Part shown: positions 50,407 through 59,721 of the stretch, one piece after another
Layout of the letters: each line of letters opens with the position of its first letter
Position numbering within the stretch: position 1 is the stretch's first letter
Origin: an uncultured Candidatus Saccharibacteria bacterium
GTDB taxonomy: Bacteria > Patescibacteriota > Minisyncoccia > SW-4-49-11
Direction: 5' to 3'
Length of the DNA: 64,000 bases
Assembly: GCA_964585065.1 (NCBI GenBank)
Contig: CAZPCB010000001.1
Coordinates: 226,866-290,865, forward strand
Position numbers and translations under genes: made by a program
Notes under the pieces: generated by a model
Databases searched by the model: none
Told to the model about the DNA's origin: nothing
What the model saw: only the letters and a program-made list of their open reading frames with translations

Positions 50407-51126
50407 TTATATCACACTTTTACGAATTATAGCTAAAGAATTACTTTTAAGTTTATACCATTGTAAATGATATTGAACAATACTCCAAGGAAAATCTTCA
50501 ATTTCTAACCAAATACCTTTTTGCCATTGACGCAAAGTATAAATCAATTCGGTATTCACTTCAATATAATCATCCATATCTGCAGCTAACTGGGATATTA
50601 CAAGCCCTCCCGACCTCACACTAATACCAAAATCTTTAGCCTTAGTATTACCTGTAATAACACAATGAGATAAATTCATTCCATATCCAAGCATATATAA
50701 TAATCGTATTAATAGCCACCCTACTAATAATTGAGGTTTCGTATAATGATGTCTAACTAAATCAATATAGTCTTCTATACATTCAAATACCCCAATATCC
50801 CTATGATTATCATCTGTTAATTGATCTAATAATTCAAATATAAGTCCCATAAGGGCAGCCCCTTCTATACTTTTATATATATCCGTATGTGAATCAATAT
50901 CCCTAATGGCAATAAGCCTGGATATATTTCTTCCCACAATAAATTCAATATCTGATTTTCCCCAATCATATAATCGATATTGTAATTTTGATGTAGATTT
51001 TTTGATTCCCTTTAATAATAAGGTTTGTTTTCCATACTCCTTGGTATAAAATACTCCCAATCTATCAGTATCAGGTAAATCTATTTGTTTAATCAGATAC
51101 GCGAAACTATTATGAATCGGGCTCAT
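50407..51126 (-). CDS. recO: DNA repair protein RecO-like
   Basis: Size and architecture (N-terminal OB-like region, C-terminal Cys-containing segment) consistent with RecO; weak by eye. Confidence 0.5.
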   Translation of the reverse strand: MSPIHNSFAYLIKQIDLPDTDRLGVFYTKEYGKQTLLLKGIKKSTSKLQYRLYDWGKSDIEFIVGRNISRLIAIRDIDSHTDIYKSIEGAALMGLIFELLDQLTDDNHRDIGVFECIEDYIDLVRHHYTKPQLLVGWLLIRLLYMLGYGMNLSHCVITGNTKAKDFGISVRSGGLVISQLAADMDDYIEVNTELIYTLRQWQKGIWLEIEDFPWSIVQYHLQWYKLKSNSLAIIRKSVI

Positions 51127-51129
51127 GTA

Positions 51130-52905
51130 TTATATTTCAATAATAACCGGTATAATCATTGGTCTTCTATGGGTAGTTCTGAATAAGAATAGACCTAAAT
51201 CTTCACGAATTGATTGTTGAATATATTCAATACTTTGATCTTCTCCATGAGACAATTTCTTCTCAATATGCTCTTGTACTCGAGCTTGTATAGATTGTAT
51301 TAATTTGGTAGATGTTTGTATATGTACAAATCCCTTAGAAATAATTTCTGGTTCACGAATAAGCTTTCCCTTTTTGAAATCAACTAAAGCTACTACCGTT
51401 ACAATACCATCTTGAGCCAAAGATTGTCTATCTCGGATTACAATTTCTTTTAAATCCCCTACTCCGAGTCCATCCACCATCATAGTGCTAGCATTAACTT
51501 TCTCAGTAGTTACACGGGCTTCACCCTTATATATTTCTATAATTCTTCCATTATCAGTAAGTAAGATATTATCTTTTTTCATACCAACTTCTAGAGCTAA
51601 ATCACGATGAGATTTGAGAGAATAAAAATCTCCATAAATTGGCTGTAAATATTTAGGACGAATTAAATCTAATAATTGTTTTAAATCATCTCTTTGTGCA
51701 TGTCCGGAAACATGAACTTCCATCATTTTATAATGAATAATATGAGCTCTTTGGCGAGCAATAGCATCTTTCACCTTTTGTACTGACTCCTCATTACCTG
51801 GAACTACAGAAGATGAGAATACTACGGTATCTCCCTTTTCAATATGGAAATTCCGATGCTCACGATTAGCCATACGGGTTAGGGCTGAGCGTTCATCTCC
51901 CTGAGCTCCTGTACAAATAATAGTAAGGTTTTCTGGAGGAATATTACGAGCCTCTTGTGCACTAATAACAGTTTGAGGAGAAAAATGTGCATATCCAATT
52001 TCATGGAGAATTTGAACATTCGTTTTCATACTAAATCCTTCAATTACAACTTTACGATTATATTTTTCAGATAAATGAATCATTTGTTGTATACGATTGA
52101 GTGTACTAGAAAATGTAGTAACAATAATTTTACCGGTAGCATTCTCAAAAATATGATCAATATTATTTTGAATTGTCATCTCAGAAGTTACTCTTCCGGG
52201 ACGAGAAGCACTAGTACTATCAGATAATAATACCAATACTCCCTCATCACCAATTTTGCGATACATTTCCAAATTAGCTGGCTCTTCTCCAATAGGAGTA
52301 GCATCTATTTTGAAATCTCCCGTATGCAGAATAACTCCTTCTGGAGTTTCAATCTTAATCATAGTTGAATCTGGAATACTGTGATTAATATGAAGAAAGG
52401 TTACAGTAAATACTCCAAATTTAAGCTTTTCATTTAATTTAGCTACTTTTCCATTTAATGGAGGCACGGTAGTGAATTCACTTTGTCGTCTTTGCATCAT
52501 AGCAAGAGGTAGGGCAGGTGCATATATAGGAGGATTACCAATCATAGACATAACCTGAGATACTCCTCCAATATGATCCATATGTCCATGCGTAATTAGT
52601 ACAGCTCGAATATTATCCTCTTTCCCCTTAAGATAACTGGGATTGGGGATAATATAATCAACTCCTGGTTGATCTTCTTCTGGGAATTTCATCCCAATAT
52701 CAATGACGAGAATATCTTTTCCATATTCTATTACCGTCATATTACGACCTCCAATTTCTTCTGATCCACCCAGTGGAATAATTTTCAAAAGATTATCTTT
52801 AGTCTTAAATGGTTCTTTTGCATTAAGATAGTCATTACTTTTATGACTTAAATCTGTCACAAAAGTTGTTCCTCTCTTAATTTCAGAGTGTTGATACGAT
52901 TTCAT
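51130..52905 (-). CDS. rnj: ribonuclease J (canonical metal site)
   Basis: Metallo-beta-lactamase motif LITHGHMDHIGG, beta-CASP and C-terminal domain; 591 aa. Confidence 0.85.
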   Translation of the reverse strand: MKSYQHSEIKRGTTFVTDLSHKSNDYLNAKEPFKTKDNLLKIIPLGGSEEIGGRNMTVIEYGKDILVIDIGMKFPEEDQPGVDYIIPNPSYLKGKEDNIRAVLITHGHMDHIGGVSQVMSMIGNPPIYAPALPLAMMQRRQSEFTTVPPLNGKVAKLNEKLKFGVFTVTFLHINHSIPDSTMIKIETPEGVILHTGDFKIDATPIGEEPANLEMYRKIGDEGVLVLLSDSTSASRPGRVTSEMTIQNNIDHIFENATGKIIVTTFSSTLNRIQQMIHLSEKYNRKVVIEGFSMKTNVQILHEIGYAHFSPQTVISAQEARNIPPENLTIICTGAQGDERSALTRMANREHRNFHIEKGDTVVFSSSVVPGNEESVQKVKDAIARQRAHIIHYKMMEVHVSGHAQRDDLKQLLDLIRPKYLQPIYGDFYSLKSHRDLALEVGMKKDNILLTDNGRIIEIYKGEARVTTEKVNASTMMVDGLGVGDLKEIVIRDRQSLAQDGIVTVVALVDFKKGKLIREPEIISKGFVHIQTSTKLIQSIQARVQEHIEKKLSHGEDQSIEYIQQSIREDLGLFLFRTTHRRPMIIPVIIEI

Positions 52906-52906
52906 A

Positions 52907-54673
52907 TTAAATATTCATTATTATTGGTAAAATCATTGGTCTTCTTTCCGTTTTCGTAAGTAATAAGCGACCAATATTCTCTCTTACTTGATCTTGTATA
53001 TAGGCAATATTTACTTCATCAGATTGTTTCAAAAGAGCTAATACAATTAATCTTGTTTGTTCTTTTACTTCATTAAATAATTTATCTGAAGATTCATTAT
53101 CTACAAATCCTTTTGATACTACCACAATATCTCCTGATATTTCTCGAGTATCTGCATTCAGTAGGGCTACAATATGGAATATACCCTCTTCTGACATTGT
53201 TTGCCTATCATGTATAACTACATTGGTTAAATCACCAACTCCAAGCCCATCTACAATTACATTGGAAGTAGGAACTTTTTCCGGAGTAATACGTCTTTGT
53301 TTATAATCAAATAGAATAACTTTTCCATTCATACCAACTACAACATTGCGATCTGGATACCCACCTTCAATGGCAATATCTCCATTAGACCTCAACAAAT
53401 GATGTGATCCACTAATAGGTACATAATATTTAGGACGAATTGCTTTTAATACAGCTAGACTATCTTCATGTCTTCCATAAGCCCCAAATCGTGTATCTAA
53501 TGGCTGATAATATTCTACAAAAGCTCCTAATTTAGCAAAATTATCATTTACTCGAGCTGCTGAACGGGCATTTCCAGGAATTAAAGCCCCAGGATACATA
53601 ACAATATCCCCTTCTTTAATTGAGAATACACTATGCTCATTATTAGCCAGTCTCATCAAATGAGGAATATCATCTCCATGAGAACCAGATATTAATACTA
53701 CTAATTGCTCTCTTGGAGTATCCCCGAGTAAACTAGGCCCTACTATAGTACCTGATTTTATTTGAATAAGCCCCTTTTTGCGACATGTATTAAAAGTATT
53801 AAGTAAACTTTTTCCTTCAATGAATAAATGCTTGTTATGAGCTTCTATTGCATTGACAATTTGTTGCATGCGCCCAATCATAGAGGGGAATGTAGACACA
53901 AATACAGCACCTGTCTTGCGAGCTATAACCGAATCAATATGTTCTGCAATAGATGCTTCTGTCGGTGCAAATCCCTGTGATTCTGTAGCTGAACTACCTG
54001 ATAAAAGAGCAAATGTATCAGCTCCAGCTAATTCCTTTATATAATCGAGAAATTCATTTTTTTCTGTAGATTCACTATCCAATTTATAGCTAGAGAGATA
54101 AAATACCTTTCCTTGCATAGTATACACACATAATCCTATTGAACCCGTAACATTAAATGGAGTTGGGAAAACATTCACTTTAAAGGATCCTACTCGTATA
54201 GAATTATAGGGTTTAATAATATGTTTTTTGTATTTTACCCCTTGAGAATAAAAATCTTGCCTAGACTCCAATATTGCAAATAAAGCCTCGGTTGCATAAA
54301 TATGCAAATTAGGGAATAAATGTAAAAGATATGGAACAGCCCCAATATGATCGGGATGTGGTGAAGTTAATACTACTCCCTTTATTTTGGAGCTATTATC
54401 CATCAAATATTGTGTATTGGGGATAATATAATCAATTCCTGGTTGATTAGCACCGGGCATTTGAAGCCCCATATCGACAATCAGAATATCATTCTCTTGT
54501 TCAAATATATACATATTCTTGCCAACACCATCAAGGCCTCCCAAAGGAATTATCTTGAGAGCTTGGCGTGAGGTTTCAGGAATAGTTCTTTTTTGAGCAA
54601 AACTTTTTCCTTGTTGTCGAGAACGGTTATTCTTATTCTGTGAATTATTATTGTACGGTCGTTTTGATTGCAT
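52907..54673 (-). CDS. ribonuclease J paralog with degenerate HxHxDH motif
   Basis: Same architecture, but motif II reads LTSPHPDHIGA (first His replaced by Ser). Confidence 0.75.
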   Translation of the reverse strand: MQSKRPYNNNSQNKNNRSRQQGKSFAQKRTIPETSRQALKIIPLGGLDGVGKNMYIFEQENDILIVDMGLQMPGANQPGIDYIIPNTQYLMDNSSKIKGVVLTSPHPDHIGAVPYLLHLFPNLHIYATEALFAILESRQDFYSQGVKYKKHIIKPYNSIRVGSFKVNVFPTPFNVTGSIGLCVYTMQGKVFYLSSYKLDSESTEKNEFLDYIKELAGADTFALLSGSSATESQGFAPTEASIAEHIDSVIARKTGAVFVSTFPSMIGRMQQIVNAIEAHNKHLFIEGKSLLNTFNTCRKKGLIQIKSGTIVGPSLLGDTPREQLVVLISGSHGDDIPHLMRLANNEHSVFSIKEGDIVMYPGALIPGNARSAARVNDNFAKLGAFVEYYQPLDTRFGAYGRHEDSLAVLKAIRPKYYVPISGSHHLLRSNGDIAIEGGYPDRNVVVGMNGKVILFDYKQRRITPEKVPTSNVIVDGLGVGDLTNVVIHDRQTMSEEGIFHIVALLNADTREISGDIVVVSKGFVDNESSDKLFNEVKEQTRLIVLALLKQSDEVNIAYIQDQVRENIGRLLLTKTERRPMILPIIMNI

Positions 54674-54779
54674 ATAATGCGATTAATATTATTATTTTCT
54701 TTGAGATTATCTATAGCTATCCTGCTTGTAATGTAAAATAAGATATGCAAACAGCAATGTAATTTTCTCTAAAAAATGT

Positions 54780-54825
54780 AGATTTAAGGGAATCGAACCC
54801 TTTTTACTCCTGATTAGTAAAATCT
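54780..54825 (-). other. tRNA-like minihelix (acceptor-like stem, anticodon-like hairpin, canonical T-arm; no D-arm)
   Basis: Minus strand AGATTT-TACT-AATCAGG-AGTA-AAA-AGGG-TTCGATT-CCCT-TAAATCT, 14 nt downstream of the rpsP stop. Confidence 0.25.
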
Positions 54826-54835
54826 ATATATAAAT

Positions 54836-55117
54836 TTATTTAGCTTCTGTAGCTTTGAATCGTGTTACAGGGATTTTTGTAGCTTCTATGATATTATGTC
54901 GTATCAAAAGATTATGTACTGTTTGTGAAGGTTGAGCTCCAACTGAAATCCAATATTTAATTCTCTCTGCATTAAGAGCTTGATCTTTATTCCCTGGATT
55001 ATATACACCAAGAGATTCAATAAATTTTCCTTTTACAGGACGGCTTTTTTCTGCAACAACCACTTTATAAATAGGAGTATTTTTCTTCCCTACTCGGGAC
55101 AATCGAATTCGTAACAT
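54836..55117 (-). CDS. rpsP: 30S ribosomal protein S16
   Basis: MLRIRLSRVGKKNTPIYKVVVAE. Confidence 0.9.
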   Translation of the reverse strand: MLRIRLSRVGKKNTPIYKVVVAEKSRPVKGKFIESLGVYNPGNKDQALNAERIKYWISVGAQPSQTVHNLLIRHNIIEATKIPVTRFKATEAK

Positions 55118-55155
55118 AAGTTAAAATATGATAATTTATACAATTCTTATAAATA

Positions 55156-55184
55156 TAATAGCATATGAATCAATAATTGTCAAT
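55156..55184 (-). promoter_or_regulatory. near-consensus sigma70 promoter for rpsP
   Basis: Minus strand TTGACA, 17 nt, catatgcTATTAT. Confidence 0.5.
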
Positions 55185-55188
55185 ATGT

Positions 55189-56847
55189 CTATTTACTTTT
55201 TTGACAAGCTTTTACAAAACCCTTGAATAATGGATGTGGGTCAAGAGGGTGCGATATCAGCTCAGGATGAAATTGTGTCCCTATAAAGAATGGGTGATTA
55301 GCCAGCTCAATAATTTCTACTAAATTATTCTCTGTATTAACTCCTGCAATAGTAAGTCCAGCTTTTTCTAATTCTTCCCGATATTGATTATTTACTTCAT
55401 AGCGATGACGATGTCTCTCCTGAACTTGAGCAGTATTATATAATTTACGTGTAAGAGTTTTAGGGGTTATATCACAAAGATATTCTCCTAATCTCATAGT
55501 TGCTCCCATTGCTTCTTGTTCCAAATTAGTATCCTGCCCCTCCATAATATCAATAATTGGATTTGGAGTTTTAGGATCTATTTCAGCTGTATGAGCGCCT
55601 TTAATCTTAGCGACATTGCGAGCAAATTCTACTACGGCAAGTTGCATACCATAACATAGTCCCAAATATGGGATTTTATTCTCACGGGCATATTGTATCG
55701 CTTTTAATTTTCCCTCTACTCCTCGCTCACCAAATCCTCCTGGAATAATAATTCCATCATATTGTTTGAGTCTTGAAACTTTTTTAGAATCATTTTCAAA
55801 TTCAGAGCTATCTATCCAATCAATTACTGGCTTGAGGCGAGAAGAAAAACTCGCATGCTTAATTGCCTCAATTACTGATATATAGGCATCACTTAATACA
55901 AAATTTCCACTATTAAAATATTTCCCTACAATACCAATTTTAATTTCCTTATTTGCAGTATCAATTTTTTGGGTAAAGCTAGTCCATTCTTTCAAATCTC
56001 TTTTGCGAGGTCGTAAATCTAATTTTTTTAATAATTTAGTTGAGAGATTATCATATTCAAAATTAATAGGGACATGATAAATACTATCTACATCCGGAGC
56101 TGAGATAACATCGTCAGCCGAGACATTACACATAATAGATAATTTTTGTTTCCGTATATCATCAAGGGGGTGACTAGAACGCGCTACAATCATATCTGCT
56201 TGTATCCCAGCACTATTAAGTAGTCTTGAGGCATGCTGAGTTGGTTTCGTTTTCATTTCACCGATTTTACTTGGAATAGGAAGATAACTTACCAATACAA
56301 ATAATACATCTTGGGGATTTTCTAATTTGAGTAATCTCGCTGATTCTAAGAATAATAAATTCTCATATTCACCTGCAGTTCCTCCAATTTCAATAATAGT
56401 AATATCGGCATCATGTGTTTTCTGAGCCTGTTTAATGCGACTTGTTACCTCATTCGGGATATGTGGCACTACACTTACACATTTCCCTTCAAATTTAAGT
56501 GCCCGCTCCTGCTCTATTACTGACTGATATACAGAACCTGTAGTCATATAATTAGTTCGTGTCAATTTAGTATCAAGAAATCTCTCATAATTCCCCATAT
56601 CCTGATCACATTCAAGGCCATCAGCTAGTACAAAAGTTTCCCCATGCTCTAATGGATTCATAGTTCCCGCATCTACATTAACATAAGGATCAATTTTGAC
56701 AGCTGTCACATTGAAGCCACGAGATTGGAGAATTAAAGCCATTGATGAGGTGGTAATCCCCTTACCCACTCCTGACATTACACCCCCAACTACAAAGATA
56801 TATTTAGGATTTGATTTTTTTGCTTTACTCGTTTTCCGAATTGACAT
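55189..56847 (-). CDS. pyrG: CTP synthase
   Basis: N-terminal synthetase P-loop FVVGGVMSGVGKG; C-terminal GATase LGLCYGMQ; 552 aa. Confidence 0.95.
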   Translation of the reverse strand: MSIRKTSKAKKSNPKYIFVVGGVMSGVGKGITTSSMALILQSRGFNVTAVKIDPYVNVDAGTMNPLEHGETFVLADGLECDQDMGNYERFLDTKLTRTNYMTTGSVYQSVIEQERALKFEGKCVSVVPHIPNEVTSRIKQAQKTHDADITIIEIGGTAGEYENLLFLESARLLKLENPQDVLFVLVSYLPIPSKIGEMKTKPTQHASRLLNSAGIQADMIVARSSHPLDDIRKQKLSIMCNVSADDVISAPDVDSIYHVPINFEYDNLSTKLLKKLDLRPRKRDLKEWTSFTQKIDTANKEIKIGIVGKYFNSGNFVLSDAYISVIEAIKHASFSSRLKPVIDWIDSSEFENDSKKVSRLKQYDGIIIPGGFGERGVEGKLKAIQYARENKIPYLGLCYGMQLAVVEFARNVAKIKGAHTAEIDPKTPNPIIDIMEGQDTNLEQEAMGATMRLGEYLCDITPKTLTRKLYNTAQVQERHRHRYEVNNQYREELEKAGLTIAGVNTENNLVEIIELANHPFFIGTQFHPELISHPLDPHPLFKGFVKACQKSK

Positions 56848-57277
56848 ACAGTTCTAGCTTAGTTTTTATAATGGGGGTGAGATGAATATCAATAGTATAT
56901 TTTCCTATTGCTTTAATGGGACTTGCAATATGAATCATTTGCTTTTCGAATAATTCTCCGAATTCAGTATTAAGTTTTGAGACAATATCACTTTCTTTAA
57001 TAGCCCCAAACAAATGTCCTTCTGAATTGGTCTTGGCAATGAAAGTTAATGAATAATTCTCTAATTTGCTTTTGAGATTATTTAGAGCTTCTAAATGAGC
57101 TTTTTCATTTGCTTCTGACTGCTTGACTTGAGAGTTTTTGCGAGCAATATCTTGAGCTGTTGGTATTATACCCAATCTTTTACGCAATAAGAAATTTCGT
57201 CCATACCCTTCTGATACGGTGATAATATCTCCTTTTTTACCTATTGATGGGACATCTTGATTTAAAAGTATCTGCAT
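56825..57277 (-). CDS. rplI: 50S ribosomal protein L9
   Basis: MQILLNQDVPSIGKKGDIITVSEGYGRNFLL. Confidence 0.85.
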   Translation of the reverse strand: MQILLNQDVPSIGKKGDIITVSEGYGRNFLLRKRLGIIPTAQDIARKNSQVKQSEANEKAHLEALNNLKSKLENYSLTFIAKTNSEGHLFGAIKESDIVSKLNTEFGELFEKQMIHIASPIKAIGKYTIDIHLTPIIKTKLELYVNSENE

Positions 57278-57280
57278 ATT

Positions 57281-57562
57281 TCAGTGTATTATTCTAAACT
57301 CTCGTGAACTGATTACAATATACTCTTTATTATCCCAAAACTCAGCTACATTGTCAACGCGTGAAAGAGTTGATCCTTTATGAACTCTCTTAATCAGCTC
57401 TTGTAATTGTTTTGACTCCCCCCAAGCTTCAATTTGCACCGTCCCATCTGGAAGATTTTCTACTGTACCTATAATATTGAGTTTTTTTGCGATACTGACT
57501 ACAAAGACTCGAAATCTCACCATTTGCACTCGCCCTGACACAATAAGTTTTACATATTGCAT
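57281..57562 (-). CDS. acyP: acylphosphatase
   Basis: VSGRVQMVRFRVF signature (VxGxVQGVxFR-like); 93 aa. Confidence 0.75.
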   Translation of the reverse strand: MQYVKLIVSGRVQMVRFRVFVVSIAKKLNIIGTVENLPDGTVQIEAWGESKQLQELIKRVHKGSTLSRVDNVAEFWDNKEYIVISSREFRIIH

Positions 57563-57563
57563 A

Positions 57564-58214
57564 TTAACCTAAAATTACATTAGTGAGCCCAAATATAAGA
57601 GGCCTAATCAGTCCAAAACCAAATAAAGCAAATATGAGTACAATAAACATTCCTTGTTCTTCTAATACGGCATAGGATTTGCTTCTAATAATATTATAGG
57701 GAAGTAGTGGAGCAATAATTTTAGACCCATCCAGAGGAGGAATCGGTATAGAATTAAATATTGCAAGGACAATATTAATAAGTACTGCAATAAAAAATAA
57801 TTGAGCTACTTCTTGGGGAATTGCCATAAATAATCCCGCTGTACGATACAATGCTCCAAGCCCTAAAGCTAATAATATATTTGACCCTGGCCCCGCAAGA
57901 GCAACGAGAGCTGGCGCCCATTTTTGATCTCTTAATAAATAAGGATTAAATGGAACTGGCTTAGCATAACCAAACATAAAAGCCCCACTACTGGCAATCC
58001 CCATCAATAGAGGTAATATAATTGAACCATATATATCAATATGAGGGATAGGGTTGAGGGTTAATCTTCCTGCTAATTTTGCTGTCGGGTCTCCAAGGGC
58101 TAAAGCTATTACTCCATGTGACACCTCATGAATAATCACCGCAAATATCAAAATAATAATTTGAAATATAATTAAAGTTGTATCCATATTGATAGGCAGT
58201 TGACTTTTATTCAT
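57564..58214 (-). CDS. M50-family (site-2 protease-like) membrane metalloprotease
   Basis: HEVSHG (HExxH) within a TM helix; 216 aa polytopic. Confidence 0.6.
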   Translation of the reverse strand: MNKSQLPINMDTTLIIFQIIILIFAVIIHEVSHGVIALALGDPTAKLAGRLTLNPIPHIDIYGSIILPLLMGIASSGAFMFGYAKPVPFNPYLLRDQKWAPALVALAGPGSNILLALGLGALYRTAGLFMAIPQEVAQLFFIAVLINIVLAIFNSIPIPPLDGSKIIAPLLPYNIIRSKSYAVLEEQGMFIVLIFALFGFGLIRPLIFGLTNVILG

Positions 58215-58276
58215 CTAACAGGTATAATAATACCATATTTTGTCATCAATCTCAATAATACCGTTAACTTTATAGT

Positions 58277-58477
58277 ATGTCTCGACGATGTGAATTACCA
58301 ATTTGTTCAAAAAAAGCGATGGTTGTAACCAAGCGTAAACTTTTACGTGGCAATTATAATCCTACTAGTAAGCATACTCAAAAAGTAAATGTACAGCCCT
58401 ATACTCTTCCTGATGGAACTAAAGTAAAAGCTTGTACTACTTGTATGCGAACTATTAATAAAAGCTTAGCTGTCTAA
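58277..58477 (+). CDS. rpmB: 50S ribosomal protein L28-like (zinc-ribbon type)
   Basis: MSRRCELPIC...SKHTQKVNVQP...CTTC resembles L28 with CxxC pairs. Confidence 0.5.
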   Translation: MSRRCELPICSKKAMVVTKRKLLRGNYNPTSKHTQKVNVQPYTLPDGTKVKACTTCMRTINKSLAV

Positions 58478-58513
58478 AGCTAACAAAAAGGAGTATCAGA
58501 TACTTCTTTTTGT

Positions 58514-59149
58514 TTATATGACTTCTTTTTCTCCAAGGAATTTAGGTTGCCGATTCAAGATATGTATATCAGTCCATGCCTGAGTTCGAGCCAGAATTTC
58601 TCGTGCCTGTGTACGAATACTCGATTTTACTGGAACTCCTTTTGCGACAAATCCCTCTGCATCAATGCCCAAAGTTCGGGCAATATATACTGCTCTTTTG
58701 ATATGAAATTCCTGAGAAATAATAACAATATCATTTTGCCCAAATATATCTCGGGAGCGTACTACAGAGTCAAGAGTACGAAATCCCGCATAATCGAGTA
58801 CTATATCCTCCTTAGGAATACCCCGCTCCAATAATGCTGTTTGCATTGCCTTAGGCTCATTATAAGAGATATCTGCATTATCTCCACTTACTAAAATCTT
58901 TTTGATTTTACCTTTTTGATATAATTCTACTGCTGCCTCAATACGATTGACGAAATAGGGATTATCCCCTCCCCCAATCATACGTTCACTGGTTCCTAAT
59001 ACCAAACCCACCTTATGATCTTTTAAATCATCTGCTTTATTTTTAATAAATGGTATAGGGTCATGGGAAATTGAAGCATTCGTATATGCAATAAAAATTA
59101 TAGCTCCGATAATTAGAATACCTATACTTCTTCGAATAAATACAATCAT
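58514..59149 (-). CDS. DUF218 (SanA/YdcF-like) envelope protein
   Basis: N-terminal TM then ...GLVLGTSE...ILVSGDN...ISQEFH... DUF218 signature. Confidence 0.6.
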   Translation of the reverse strand: MIVFIRRSIGILIIGAIIFIAYTNASISHDPIPFIKNKADDLKDHKVGLVLGTSERMIGGGDNPYFVNRIEAAVELYQKGKIKKILVSGDNADISYNEPKAMQTALLERGIPKEDIVLDYAGFRTLDSVVRSRDIFGQNDIVIISQEFHIKRAVYIARTLGIDAEGFVAKGVPVKSSIRTQAREILARTQAWTDIHILNRQPKFLGEKEVI

Positions 59150-59208
59150 ATAATATAGTATATCATATGATTGAAAAGATTTATCTGATTATATTAGTTA
59201 AAATTATA

Positions 59209-59601
59209 TCAGAAAGACGAATATTCCAATATAATACCTGCGGCTGTTTTAGTAATAGTATATTGACCTATATCAGGTAATGGTATAGCTGCTATATAGG
59301 GGTCTAGATCTGTAGTCAAATCTATACCTCCTGTACAAGGATTTGTAGCACATAATCCTACCGTTCCTCCTGTCACTACAGATTGTAGGGCTGGTGGATA
59401 TTGTCCCCGATTATTGACCACATATTGCTCTATTGCCTTTGCAATAGCATCCATATCTGCTTTTCTCTTGACAGACTTTCCTGCCTCTAATTGTTTATTC
59501 GGGTTTAATGCCACCAAAGCTATGGCTGATAATATTCCAATTGCAGTAATTGTGAGTATTATTTCTAATAAGGTAAATCCTTTTTTATTTTTATTAATCA
59601 T
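59209..59601 (-). CDS. type IV pilin-like protein (orphan, outside the main pil locus)
   Basis: MINKNKKGFTLLEIILTITAIGIL prepilin motif; C-terminal Cys pair. Confidence 0.75.
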   Translation of the reverse strand: MINKNKKGFTLLEIILTITAIGILSAIALVALNPNKQLEAGKSVKRKADMDAIAKAIEQYVVNNRGQYPPALQSVVTGGTVGLCATNPCTGGIDLTTDLDPYIAAIPLPDIGQYTITKTAAGIILEYSSF

Positions 59602-59657
59602 ATATATTATATTGAATCTTATACTTATTCTATCATATACAATCTATTCCTCCAATA

Positions 59658-59688
59658 ATACTACTTGCAAATAATTTGCAAGTAGTAT
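59658..59688. promoter_or_regulatory. 31-nt perfect palindrome operator (candidate Zur/MntR-type box) overlapping the znuA-like promoter region
   Basis: atactacttgcaaat-a-atttgcaagtagtat, 15-bp perfect arms, 34 nt upstream of the transporter start, followed by tataat. Confidence 0.5.
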
Positions 59689-59721
59689 ATAATTCACCTA
59701 TATATTTAAATATAATACCCT

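Noticed and set aside
54780-54825. The tRNA-like minihelix as a genuine tRNA gene (anticodon TCA)
   Set aside because: It has no D-arm, no full 5' acceptor strand, A rather than U at loop position 33, and no discriminator or CCA context. It is kept only as a tRNA-like element.
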